From: Girardia tigrina
Lineage: Eukaryota
Assembly: GCA_001938485.1 (NCBI GenBank)
Contig: MQRK01185218.1
Location: 33,482 to 94,979 of the forward strand
DNA length: 61,498 nt
Direction: 5' to 3'
Program-made: the position numbers and the translations under genes
Notes under the pieces: model-generated
The model's database searches: none
Told to the model about the DNA's origin: nothing
The model's input: only the letters and a program-made list of their open reading frames with translations
Shown here: positions 25,530-38,342 of the stretch, one piece after another
Position numbering within the stretch: the first letter of the stretch is position 1
Layout: the number at the start of each line of letters is the position of its first letter

Positions 25530-26403
25530 TGTAGTGCCCTACTTATTTTGTTGTTTTTTTTTAGGATGTGTGTATGTTCTATGTATTTTGTTTATTTTTG
25601 GTGACATTTGTATTTAGTCGAGTGTTTGTGTGGTGCTCACTTGTATCGTGTATTATATTTTTATTATTTCCATTTTGGTGCCAATTGACTCCGCTCCTCC
25701 AAAACCAAATAATTTTGATTCGGCAACAAATAACATTTGCGAAAATAAAGTCTTTTCAAGAAAAGCAAACGTTGGAGTAAATCCCCAAAGGGTCAATTAA
25801 TCTTAAAAAAAAAGTCACAAAATCAACAATCTTCAAAAACTCAAGTAGAAAAGATTTTTGTGTGACCTTTCATATGTCTCTAAAAAGAAAAGCAAGCGTT
25901 GGAATAAATCCAAAAGGGGTCCTTGAACGATTGACCGAACAGTATTCACATAGAAATGATTTTACTGCTGTGTTTTTTTTTAATTGGCAATGTTTGAGTG
26001 TTTTTCAAAGTGTTGAATTTAGAAAGACTATGGGATAAAATTAATATTATATATTTAATATTAATATTAAATTAAATCCTAAGTATAAATTTGAACAATT
26101 AATAAAAATAATAATATGTAATAAAAAAAATCAATAAGCAGATCGAAGAATTTAATTACAAATAAAACAACTAATTACCAAGCTTCGATATTACTGACCG
26201 GATTAATTAACGTTTATTATTCATGAACTGTGACGATTTAATCTTCATTCATGTACGTAATCGCGTTTTTCTTTATCGAATTTGCTCTTATTTTTGTTAA
26301 AGATTAAAGATTGTTATTAATTTTGCGTGTTTGTTTTATTTATTTTTATTTATTTCTAGTAAAATTTGTTATTTCCATCATTGCCGAAATAGCAAATTTT
26401 ACA
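25530..26403. mobile_element. Solo LTR inserted in the hAT transposase
   Basis: TGTA...TACA termini with 5-bp TSD GATGT (25525-25529 and 26404-26408). Removal restores ..PAIKDV-IENVMK. Confidence 0.85.
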
Positions 26404-26521
26404 GATGTAATTGAGAATGTTATGAAAACAGATCCACAGCCAGTTCTGAAATGTATACCATTAAGTGGAAATACTGTACAACGACGTATTGAGGAAATGG
26501 CTAATGATGTAGAAAGAACTT

Positions 26522-27520
26522 NNNNNNNNNNNNNNNNNNNNNNNNNNNNNNNNNNNNNNNNNNNNNNNNNNNNNNNNNNNNNNNNNNNNNNNNNNNNNNN
26601 NNNNNNNNNNNNNNNNNNNNNNNNNNNNNNNNNNNNNNNNNNNNNNNNNNNNNNNNNNNNNNNNNNNNNNNNNNNNNNNNNNNNNNNNNNNNNNNNNNNN
26701 NNNNNNNNNNNNNNNNNNNNNNNNNNNNNNNNNNNNNNNNNNNNNNNNNNNNNNNNNNNNNNNNNNNNNNNNNNNNNNNNNNNNNNNNNNNNNNNNNNNN
26801 NNNNNNNNNNNNNNNNNNNNNNNNNNNNNNNNNNNNNNNNNNNNNNNNNNNNNNNNNNNNNNNNNNNNNNNNNNNNNNNNNNNNNNNNNNNNNNNNNNNN
26901 NNNNNNNNNNNNNNNNNNNNNNNNNNNNNNNNNNNNNNNNNNNNNNNNNNNNNNNNNNNNNNNNNNNNNNNNNNNNNNNNNNNNNNNNNNNNNNNNNNNN
27001 NNNNNNNNNNNNNNNNNNNNNNNNNNNNNNNNNNNNNNNNNNNNNNNNNNNNNNNNNNNNNNNNNNNNNNNNNNNNNNNNNNNNNNNNNNNNNNNNNNNN
27101 NNNNNNNNNNNNNNNNNNNNNNNNNNNNNNNNNNNNNNNNNNNNNNNNNNNNNNNNNNNNNNNNNNNNNNNNNNNNNNNNNNNNNNNNNNNNNNNNNNNN
27201 NNNNNNNNNNNNNNNNNNNNNNNNNNNNNNNNNNNNNNNNNNNNNNNNNNNNNNNNNNNNNNNNNNNNNNNNNNNNNNNNNNNNNNNNNNNNNNNNNNNN
27301 NNNNNNNNNNNNNNNNNNNNNNNNNNNNNNNNNNNNNNNNNNNNNNNNNNNNNNNNNNNNNNNNNNNNNNNNNNNNNNNNNNNNNNNNNNNNNNNNNNNN
27401 NNNNNNNNNNNNNNNNNNNNNNNNNNNNNNNNNNNNNNNNNNNNNNNNNNNNNNNNNNNNNNNNNNNNNNNNNNNNNNNNNNNNNNNNNNNNNNNNNNNN
27501 NNNNNNNNNNNNNNNNNNNN
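26522..27520. other. Assembly gap
   Basis: Run of N. Confidence 1.
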
Positions 27521-28399
27521 TATTGAAATGAGTGTAGATCTCGAAGCTAAAGTCTTATTTAAAGGAGGAGACATCAGTGGATATTGGAGGAACATCAATA
27601 TTGCTACAAAGTATCCCAAGCTCAGGGCTGCAGCTGAGCTTTTCTTACTTTAATTCCCAACGTCGTATATGGTTGAAGCTGGTTTTAGCCATGCTAACAC
27701 AATTTTGACAAAACAGAGGAATAGATTAAACCTGGAAAACCGTGGTGATTTAAGACTTAAGCTCACTAATTTTCAACCTAATATCAATAGTCTTGCAGCT
27801 GCTCATCAACCACAACCATCTCATTAATGTAATTATTATAAAAAATAAATATTTACATGTCAGTAAAGTTTTTTTGATTATTTAAATCGAAAAATATATT
27901 AAATTATTTCAAAAATAGTTGTTTTCATTAAACTTAGGTAGGGGTCGAGGATAAGATAATTAGGTCATAAAGGGGTCGACGAGTTAAAAAGGTTGGGGAC
28001 TCCTAGTCTAGAAGAAACTAGGTCATGCAAGCAAACGTCCAATCAATTTCGATATTGAAAGAACACGAGCCAAGTTTGATCCAAAGTTACAGAAAAACAG
28101 ATCGAGGTCCCCACCCATAGTAAGGTCCCCATCATTTATAATAACTGCGATCTTATTGACCTAATAACATGTCAAAATAAGCTTATAATGTCTTTAAAAG
28201 TTCATTTCTCAGCTTTTCCTATTAATCTATTTTTAATTTTTAAATTTGACTTTTTGGCAAAAATCGCCCTATTAATGGAGAATCGTAATTTAAATTTGTA
28301 ATAAATGTTTAAATTGAACGTGTAATTAACGTACTTACGTACTTAAGTATTATCAGTTTACCAATACTAAACTTTACCTGGTACCAGGGACGGATTGAA

Positions 28400-28915
28400 T
28401 AAGTATTTGGGAAAAAGTACCTCCAAAGGAACTCACTGTTGCTGAAAGGCTGACAATGTATTATCATTTATCGAATTCTCCACCTGATGACAATGTAAAT
28501 GTCGCTTTCCAAAGAGAAACGGCTTTTCATCCATCGAGTGGTCAGCGTGGGAAAATACTGGAATCTCTATATTAATCCTTAATGGCCATTCAACCTAAAA
28601 CATACTATGCAGAGCGAGCTTAGTAGTCTTTTGCCAGTAGTCTTTTTATGACAAGGCTTTGCTCTAGACTTTATGATGATACTCTTAGTAAACACACTTT
28701 ATTGAGTTTTTAATTTCAACATGTGGATGACTGTATTAAATTGTATTAAATGCGTAATTTGTGGTACAAAGTTTTTCATTATTTGAAAATAAATGTATCA
28801 CGTTCGTTTTACAATTTTCTAAAAATCAATCCGGAAAGTTCGAGATTCAGGGATTCCGGGATTAGAGGAAAACTTGTTTCGGGATTTTGGTATTGTAAAA
28901 ACGACCGGGATTAAA
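28400..28915 (+). mobile_element. hAT 3'-end remnant
   Basis: Degenerate LMAIQP..AERA..FMTRLCSRLYDDTL, with CCGGGATT subterminal repeats at 28830-28912. Confidence 0.5.
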
Positions 28916-28929
28916 TTAAACAGTCACTA

Positions 28930-30460
28930 TATGGCTCTCATCGGCACTATAAGGACGCGAACCGATTAGATCTCAGACACTCAGCGACTTTCTAATCAGG
29001 CGGTGGGAAGGCCTATTTAAAAAATTTGTCGAGGAAGAGAAATTGAAAGTCACCATAACACTGGTCCAATCAGAAGAAAACAAAGTGGACGCACTGACTC
29101 GGGTTCCAACCAGCTGGTGGACTTGGCGAGAAACCCCGCGGTGGCAGCAGCAGTAACTGTCAGAGATCAATTGAAATCAGTGGACGGTCTTAAGTAACTC
29201 CACAAGATGCATCATTTCGGAGTGAGAAGATAGATGTTCCTAGCTAGAAAAATATGGGGTCCGGGCAAGGTCTAAGAAGACCAAATCAGAGCAGTGATTT
29301 AGGGGTGCGAGCAGTGTGCATCAATAGATCCATCGTCAATTCAGTGGGAGAAAGGTGATATCGCGGTAAGGAAATCGTGGACCCGAGTTACTGTGGATGT
29401 AACAGACGTTTGGGCGGCACAATTTCTGACCATGGTGGACTTCGGTCCCGGGGCAATTTATGATATGGCGCCAAATTGTGACAGAGAGTGAAGCTGACAT
29501 ATTTTCTGAAATGAACAGCGTATGGAACGAATTCGGTCCATCAGATGAAGTAATTCTCGATAACTATTAAACTTTCAGGGTGTCGGGCGTGTCGAGACTG
29601 CTAGAACAAGTGGGTATCGAAGGTCACTTCAGATGCGTGAACTGTCCGAGCGGAAATGGAATTGTGGAACGCGGCTACATGACTATTAAACGAATTGTGG
29701 CTCGGAGTAACAGGCCGGTGGGTGAGATGGTTGCATGGTATAATGCAACGCCAAACGCAAGTGGCGTCATTCCAGCCTCAACCATCTTTGCACACAGACG
29801 GAGGGTATTATTATTAAAGACATTCAACCTCACTAACATTAGTCGGAATCGAGAAATACGAACTAACGGATTTCGAATCGGAGATGAAGTATTTGTGAAA
29901 CCGGCACCACCGTATTCGTGCATGTCACAGTGGAGACGCGCAACCATTACCGGGTTGCACCTGCCGCATCAAGTAGAAGTCACCAGCAGACCCTATCACA
30001 TAAGTCACGTGCGGTTGTCCCCACCCGCGGCGAGCAGTGATGATGTCGGACAAACCAAAATCAGGGATACGGGCGATCCCCGCGCGACTTGTGAAAGTAA
30101 CGATCGGGACGGGCGACAAGTCGTCGAATGCGAGTTAGAAGAGCGAGGAGAGTCTCCGATGGGGCGACCACAAAGAGCTATTCGCCGTCCAGCGAGATTC
30201 AAGGAATTCATTTGTACTAGAATTCAAGCCAGTGTCGGTGATTGGGTCCCCATCTGCTCAAGTAGTGTCTACTTGTGTACCTTGAGGGCATGGGGCGTGT
30301 GGAGAAATAGCCATCGGATTTAATTACGATTGTTTAACCGAACTGAGAAATTGCGGTAACTTTGAGCGTGCAGGGTTTTGATTAGAAAATAAAACTCTGC
30401 TATCAGTTTCGACTTATCATTTTCATTTAAATTAAATTTGGTATTTCAGTTTTTTAACAT
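28930..30460 (+). mobile_element. Decayed Gypsy RNaseH-end/integrase with possible 3' LTR start
   Basis: SEENKVDALTRVP, HHFGV..CEQC, WTRVTVDVT, PSGNGIVERGYMTIKR..WYNATP, FRIGDEVFVKP, RPQRAIRRPARF. A purine-rich tract precedes TGTGG near 30298. Confidence 0.8.
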
Positions 30461-31250
30461 TTTTCAATTAGTTTTTTAATATATTCTTTTTGTATTTAGT
30501 TATGATATTGTGCACCTGATAATTTAATTTATTTTCTACTCTCTTCGAATAATTTTCGACTTAATAATTTTTAGAAATTAAAATTATTTTGTCACCAACT
30601 GATTATATTTTATGAACATCCACTGAATACTGGATTTCATAATAAACTACTAATTGTTTTCTTGATTAATATAAATATTTTCATTACATCGCAAAATATT
30701 GCACATTATTTTTACTTTTTAATTGAACTTTAATCATAGAAAAAAATTTCCAACATCGAGCTCAACTGGAAGAAATTGTTAAAGTTTTATGGTCTATAAA
30801 AAAATCCAAGTAAAAAGTTATGTAACTAAGTTTTCAATATAAGATCTAACGAGATCTCCACGATTTTCTAACTTTCGAGTATTAGATATTCTCGCTATAA
30901 TTCCATTCCAGCTACGTATCTGGTTCGTTAGAATAACATCCTTTTATTTCTGAACTTGTTTGGTTAATATATTCAGGGTAATAATAATAATATTAATGTA
31001 TATAATTATAATTATATACAAAGTGATAATTAATTTTAATAATAGAATCACAATTTAATTTGTTCTTTATATTCATGTATTGTATGACACGAAAATGCAA
31101 TTATGTTTATTACACTTTCATCTTACTTGAAAAATACCAAAAATCTTTAGTAATTGGTTGTTATGATTACTTTTATGACTGTCATTTTTGAAATTATACT
31201 TAGAAAAAAGTTTTTAAAGGCATAAAACAACATTTTATTATACAACATAT

Positions 31251-32184
31251 TTAACTTTTTTCAATTTTGATACTGGATTTTTTTTCAACCATTTTTCTGT
31301 CTTTAAAGACATAGGATTGAGTTTCGTTTATACTTTCGATAAGATCTTGTCGAAATTTTCTCTGGCAAAGTGCTACTTTGTTATAATGTTCTTCAACTTC
31401 TATCTGTGTTTGATTTGCGTATCGATTATGTCGAAGTTTTCTTACTCTAAGTGCCTCCTGTCTACGACGTTCTTCGGCTTCGAAAGGTGTTTCCCTTTCG
31501 TATCGGCTTTGACGTAGCTTTCTTATTCTAAGGGCTTCATGTCTGCGACGTTCTTCGGCTTCAGAAGGCGTTTCCTTTTCGTATCGATCCTGACGCAATT
31601 TCCTAACTCTAAGTGCCTCCGCTCGGCGACGTTCTTCTGCTTCAATTAGTGTTTCATTTTCAATTCGATTTTGACGCAACTGTCTTCTCCTATATGCTTC
31701 TTGTTTGCGACGTTCTTCAGCTTCCGATTCTGTTTCCTTTTCATATCGAAGTTGACGTAGCTTTCTTATTCTAAGGGCACCTTGCCTACGACGTTCTTCA
31801 GCTTGACTTGCTGTCTCCTTTGCATACTGACGTTCTCGAAATTGACGTTTTCTTAGCGCTGCGCGTGCTTTTCGATTAATAGACTCTTGTAATGTCTCAT
31901 TTTCAAATTGAATTTGACGTGATTGTCGTTTTCTATAAGCTTCACGTGTCCTTCTTTGAAAAGTATCAGATTTGTTTGTTTTTTGTTGTTGTCGCCGAAT
32001 CATAACTGCAACTTTCTCTCGGTGTATTGAATCAACTGTTAAACTTAAAATTTTGATTTTGGATTGAATTTCTCTCTCCTCATCGATATTGACTGTCTCT
32101 TCGTCTTTCACTGGGAAAATTTCTAATAGAAAATAAAAATTCTTAAAAATGCTTTCGTTCTGACAGCATTTCACTTGTAGACAT
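31251..32184 (-). CDS. Basic helical 27-aa tandem-repeat protein (STPR-like). Main exon 32122-31251; 5' end uncertain.
   Basis: Uninterrupted ORF with at least 7 repeats of ETxxEAEERRRxEALRxRKLRQxRYEK at exact 81-bp spacing (31898-31332). There is an acceptor TTTTCTATTAG at 32123 and a candidate micro-exon ATGTCTACAA at 32184-32175. Confidence 0.65.
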
Positions 32185-32634
32185 AAAATCATGATAAACA
32201 CAATTTGTAGATAATTTAGTTTTAATTTAAAATTAAACTAAATTATTTAATTTATTATGCAACCATTATTATTATATTTCGATAAAATAATATTTTTTAA
32301 ATTAATCTTTTTTGGGATTGTAATTAGAATAATAAATGAACTCTAATCAATTCATTAAAAGTTACTTTATAATATTAACGACATAAATATTTTACTTGCT
32401 GCTACAGAATGTCTCAAAGTCATTTCACATTTATAAATTCAAGAATAAAATATCCGATTATTGTAAAAAAAGGTCAGCTTAATTTTGCATTTCAGAGTCA
32501 AATATTGTTTATATTCTATAAAACAAAACAAAACAAAATAGTCAAAAATTTATATAGTAGAAAACAAATAGACTTGTACACAAATAAATACGCATGAGTC
32601 ATTGGGAGGTCCCTTCAAGGACAACCTTCAATAA

Positions 32635-34696
32635 TCATTTGTCAGAATTTGCTGTTGCCTGTTGTTGTTGCAACATCGAGAGATAATAATTTAAAAGAGC
32701 GTTATTTGTAGTATTGTTTCCACTGGCACCAGTTGTATCAGGAGTTGTTGTGGGATTATTTATGAGGCCTGCCATACTGCTGAGAAATTGAACAAAAGAA
32801 TTAGCAGCAGCTGCGTTATTCGTCGATCCACCAAGAATAGTGCTTGCACTACTCATGTAGGCCATCTGAAGAATCTGCTGCATAAGCTGCTGCTGTTGAC
32901 GGGTGGCTTGTTGATTCACTGGTAGGAGATGGTAATGATTATCATTTGTATAAACACCAGTTCAATGAGTAATGTTATAATGAATTTTATATCGTTATTT
33001 TGGCATTAAAACCCCAATTATCCGATTTTATTATCCACAACCGAATCTCTAATTCTAAACCAGAATTTTATGAACTATTTAATAGGTCCTATTTAAATTT
33101 AAACGAATTTGATGAACCCGTAAGTAATAGCTATAAACTTTGGAAAAGTAGCCCAAAAATTAATAATAAAAAAAGAAACGCAAATTGATATGAAAACAAG
33201 AATATATAGTAACGGAAAGTATATTTTAAGCAAACTGAAACTCATTGAAACTAAATACAAAAATTAAACTTAAATTTTAAATAAATGAATACCTAAGAAT
33301 GGGTTTATCACATCCAGAATTCACTGCATTTTATCGATAATATATTTGAGAAGCATTTCATATGTTTTTAATGTTTAACTTAAAAATAGGTTTAATATTA
33401 GGTCGTTAAGTATGAAATTAGTAGGACTAAAGTCAAAGATTATTGATAATTTACCAATACAAATATTGATGCCATTTATTGGCCTGTCATTCGTACTTCA
33501 AATTTTTAAATACTGATTATTAAAACAAGTTATCGATAATTTTAATTCATTTTTAGTGTTGTGCTCAATATCCAAGATTGTGGCCATCAAACACAAAAAC
33601 TTAGCAACAAAATGTTAAGTCATTGTCTAATTATAACTATTTGAATTCATTGTAATGACATTTGGAAGTTTCATACTTGATAAACTAATAATTAAAAAGT
33701 TCTTTGCATTAGTCTTGTAAGAAAATATTTTATCAAACTATTAAGGTACTGATAACTTTTTATGTAATTGATAATGGTGAATCATCGAAATATTATAAAT
33801 TAATTTCTGTTCTCTTCTCATTGATATACATAAAATAGATCACTAAAAATAGCAAGAAAATTCCAGGGTAAATATCCCGAAAAAATGCGAATCACGAATA
33901 AATTAAAAGCACCACAGTTATAGTTAAATAAACCTAGAAATAATCAAGCAACACTCAGAAAGATGGTTGTCTTCTTTGGAGTCGATAGTTATGAATCTAA
34001 GAGTTTGAAATGGAAAAAAGAAAACAAAAAACTAAACACTCCTTACATTATTTCAAACTCTTTCTTTTGCATTGTTCGAATAATTGGATTTGAACTGCTT
34101 TAATTATAATTGAATGATGTAACACAAATGATGTAATGAAGATCATTTTTGATTTTATAGAAATATAATAACAATTATTACCCCATTAATAATCAATTTT
34201 TCCCACACGTTTTCAAATATATCAAGACAATCAACCCGCTTAAAGGTGTCAATAATTAAAATTTCTTCTAACGACAAGTTTTATAATATTTCGAGAAATA
34301 CGCTGTGCACTACAGAAGAAACGCTTTATCTTAATCTCATAATGTTCTTAAAACGAAGTAGGTTTTTTTAATATGCAAAAATTGTGATCATGATAGGTCA
34401 AGGTCAACATTTTGATAGGTCAAAATTTTTTATTATTCGGCTGAAATTGATTGCGAAACTACAAGTCATAAAGATACTTAATGGTATACGTCATTTTACT
34501 CATTTATTCTTTGTACTAGTTCCAAATTATAGATATTACTAGAAGCAAATGCCGTTTTAGTGTAAAAATATGAATTTCAATAGCATGGTCATCAATGTAT
34601 ATTAACAAATTTCAATTCGTTCAATTTCATTGAAACAATATTTCAATAAGACATACTATTCAATTCATTTATTCCATTCTTTTTATAAGCTTACTT

Positions 34697-34745
<49 letters not shown>

Positions 34746-37700
34746 ATGGAATTTAGAAACCTGTTTTTGAAAGCTTTTTACTCAATCAATTTTCTCCAAA
34801 CTTGACACACTTACTCATTCTCGAAGACAATAAATGATTATATTAAAATTTGATCGAAAAAAACTTGTTAAGATCCCAAAATGGGGGAAAACGGAAAAAT
34901 CAGAGTTCTCGAACAATATTAATTGCAAGATATCCACTTATAAATTATAAGTAGTTTATATTAATTTTAAATGTCTTTTTCACTAAAATTTTTTAAATTT
35001 TATAAAACTTTGTTGGCAAAGTAGAGTCCTATCTGCATAAAGAATGGATTTAAAAATTAATTTTTTGATTTACTAGTTTAAAATAAAAATAAGTAATATT
35101 ATTTTACTATAAATTCATCTGGATAACTGAATAAAATATGTTGAGAAAAAGCCGTATTATTCGAGTTGAGTATTAAATCGAAATGCTTGAAAAATAATTA
35201 TCATATTTTTATTATCCTTTAGTTTCACAAAATAATCAACAAAAATAAACTAATGCATTTTAAATGAATTTATGACATCTGAATTTTATTAACTAATAAT
35301 TATCACGATAAACATATAATGTTTGCCGTAGTTGAATCAGATGAATTCCATTTTATTATATAAGAAATAATTAAAAGATAATTTGAGGATATATTATATG
35401 TTTATATTGATGATACAAATGAAAAGACTTATATATTTTGAAAATTTTTATGGAAAATATTCATTTTAATAATTTATTATTTAGTTGTTATATTATTAAT
35501 TTCACTCGAATATAAAATACTAAAAGATTATTTTTCAAGGAATATTTTACCAGGAAAAGGATAACAACCGAACTCGTTAAGTTAACTGGGAATTATTATT
35601 CCGTTAATTTTGATTGTAAAAATACTTCGAATGTTTTTAGAATTAGTCTGAACGAATGTTCTTTTATTTAAAAATCGATTTTATTTAATTTTGTCCTATT
35701 AACCGAATAAGCGTAACGAGATTCATCCCAAACAAGAGCAAAAATCTGTAAATATTCTAACACGATATTTAAAGCTATTAATGGTATATAAAATCTTATG
35801 GGTCATATATGTATGTTATAAATAGAAAATAACAACAATTACAATTCAGTAAGCCTACAGAAGTCGGAATACAGTCCTAAATTAGGATAATTATAATATG
35901 AAGTCATTTAAGGTCATTTAAGGTTACATCCGCTCCTAAGAAATTTTATGATATGAAAAAATAGTTGCTTTCCTATTAAATGCATTTGTAAAAGATTATT
36001 GGTCTGAAGTCTCGGGTTAAAGTTAATTGGCCTTTGTTTTTGAGACTTGTTAATTACTAGAGCATTTAATTCAAGATTTATTATTTTGCGATCAATTTTG
36101 TCTTTAAATTTATAATAATAACAATAATGATTACATAATATATGTGAATTAATGCTACAAAACCTCTAATTGTTCCAAGGAGGAAATATTTGCGGCCCAT
36201 AGATAACAATCATAAATAATTTAATTCTAAATTAATTATTTATTTAATATTATTAAAATTAATAGTTTATTTAGTGGCCCTGAGTTTTTATTTCGCTATT
36301 TTAACCCAGGAATTATTAGAGATTTTATAGTAAACATATTTTTCATTGGTAAAATATTAAAAAATAATATATTAAACACTAATTAATACACAGAATGTTT
36401 AAAAAACAACTCTCTGCTTGGCTAAGAGTTGAGAGTAAGAGAACTCTGCTTGGCCAACAGAATTTTATAATTTTTTATTGTGTGTTTTTTAAATATTTTT
36501 TTAATTAAAATTTTGTTGGCAAAGTAGAGTTCTGTCTGCATAAAGAATGGATATAAGAAATTTAATTTGTTGATTTACTAGTTTAATGAATGTTATTTTA
36601 AATGAATGTCACTTATGAAAACAAAAATAATGGTGAATAAAACACACCAAAAAGCAATTATCATTGCAATGTTTTTTTGTCTTTTTGCAAAACAAATGTC
36701 ATTTGGTAACATACGATGGTTTGTGGAAATTTCTATTTCCTTCAATGACATCCGGAACTCGTGAAAAATATTTATTAGTCTAATTTAATTAATTTTATGA
36801 TTACAAAAAAAACTTAATAGAAACGAAATGGAAGCAATGTTTATATAATAAGATGGACAATTATTAAAGAAGAGTGTAGAGAACTTGATTCACCTAAATT
36901 TAACCTTTGAATGTTGAATAAATAAACATTGTAGTCAGTATTATTCAGTGACATTTGTAAAATAACAGAAACAATTTATTTATCTTTTAAAAAATTTGAT
37001 TTGATCATCGTTAGAAGTTTCCGATATCGAATTCCGTAAATAATGTCAGACCTTAATATAGATTGTCGGATGTATCGGAATAACATTCAAGATAAAGAAT
37101 CTCAGTGTGATTAAATGAATCATTTTACATATTTAACCATTGATTGATATATTTAATAAACATTAAAATGTTTCAAATAATTTTCTCACCATTAATAATT
37201 CTTTTATTCCACATAATAAATTTCAGAGATCAAGTTAGAGACACTTATTGATTAAAACTAATTTTATCAACCAAAATAATTAATAATATACACTCATGAT
37301 TTTAGGTAAATGTAAGCATTTAGAAATAAGTTTACAAATTAATATAGGACACGTTTCTTTCATCTTTGATCATCATCTGATATCATAGTATTTTTCTTTA
37401 TACAGTTTTCGCTGAAGGAGATTAAATATATTCTTTCAATTGTAAGTTTAAAAGTAAATTAGTACAAAATAAGAATGTAAATATTCATAGATTTAATAGG
37501 TTCGTTTAACTTATTATTATTTCTCATTAATGTAGAAGGTCGAAAGTTAATTGGATATAAAAATCTCTAATGAACAATACCGTGATTTATTAATGAGCTC
37601 TTTGACCTTTAGTAAAAAAAATCATAAATTTTATTACTATTCTTTTCAAATAAACAAGAGCGAGTTCCCAAAAATATTCCCAAAAAAATATTAGTCCTCA

Positions 37701-38297
37701 TTAGGTAAATCTATTTATCGTTTGAACGATTATAGGACATCTTTTAAAATCGGAATGATTCTAAGATGAAGAAATACGTGTAGGAACTAAATCCTACATT
37801 CAAATAACTGCACAATTAAAGCATCTTAAAAGCTTCATAAGAAAAATCAATCATTTTTTCATGAAAAGTTGGTAAATATGGATTGCAAAACATCACCTAG
37901 ATTTTAATTAAGAATAATTTCTGCAAAAACAAATGAATATTCTTATTTTTAAACTTTATACCTGCGGTTTCGAAAATCACAATTAAATTGCATCACCGTT
38001 CATACTTCTTTTCATAACAAAAGATTTTCAAAAACATTTCCTACTCGTGAGCATTTTATGAATACTTGTGACAAAATAAATGTTACAGTTGAAACTCATA
38101 CTTCTTCAGAATCTAATTGTGTAATCTAAATGTCAATGTCCATACATAGGTCGCGAATTAACTTAATTCCGTTACGTTATACTTTAATGAAATTTTAATT
38201 TATTCATATTGCGTCACATGAAAAGTCTTGTTCGACATCGTGTTCAATGAATACTTTTCAATTTAATATCTTTTCTAATTGTGTTACTTATAATTTT

Positions 38298-38342
<45 letters not shown>

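Larger units (their letters stand above)
24880..28005 (+). mobile_element. hAT Buster/Charlie-type transposon (ZBED5/SCAND3-like transposase), disrupted and partly in gaps
   Basis: 8-bp TSD GTCTAGAA (24872-24879 and 28006-28013); TIRs CAAGGGTCTCCAAC / GTTGGGGACTCCTA; peptides KKKCRQYSDEYLK, YTIGEEIILPA, IPLSGNTVQRRIEEMA, FPTSYMVEAGFS..QPQPSH*. Confidence 0.92.
24571..28100 (+). pseudogene. MED31: MED31 (SOH1) pseudogene. Coding 24571-24879, resuming after 28013.
   Basis: RFLIELEFVLCLANPIYLNFLPQ..INYLAYLQYWKEPSYSKSIKCPYCLYVLDQS*HVEFRRELA..IEDQMSLRWKCYLSR. It has an in-frame TAA at 24783 and is split by a hAT insertion. Confidence 0.9.

Noticed and set aside
26311-27619. Long ORFs of 406 and 372 aa (also 25127-25453)
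   Set aside because: Artefacts of N runs.
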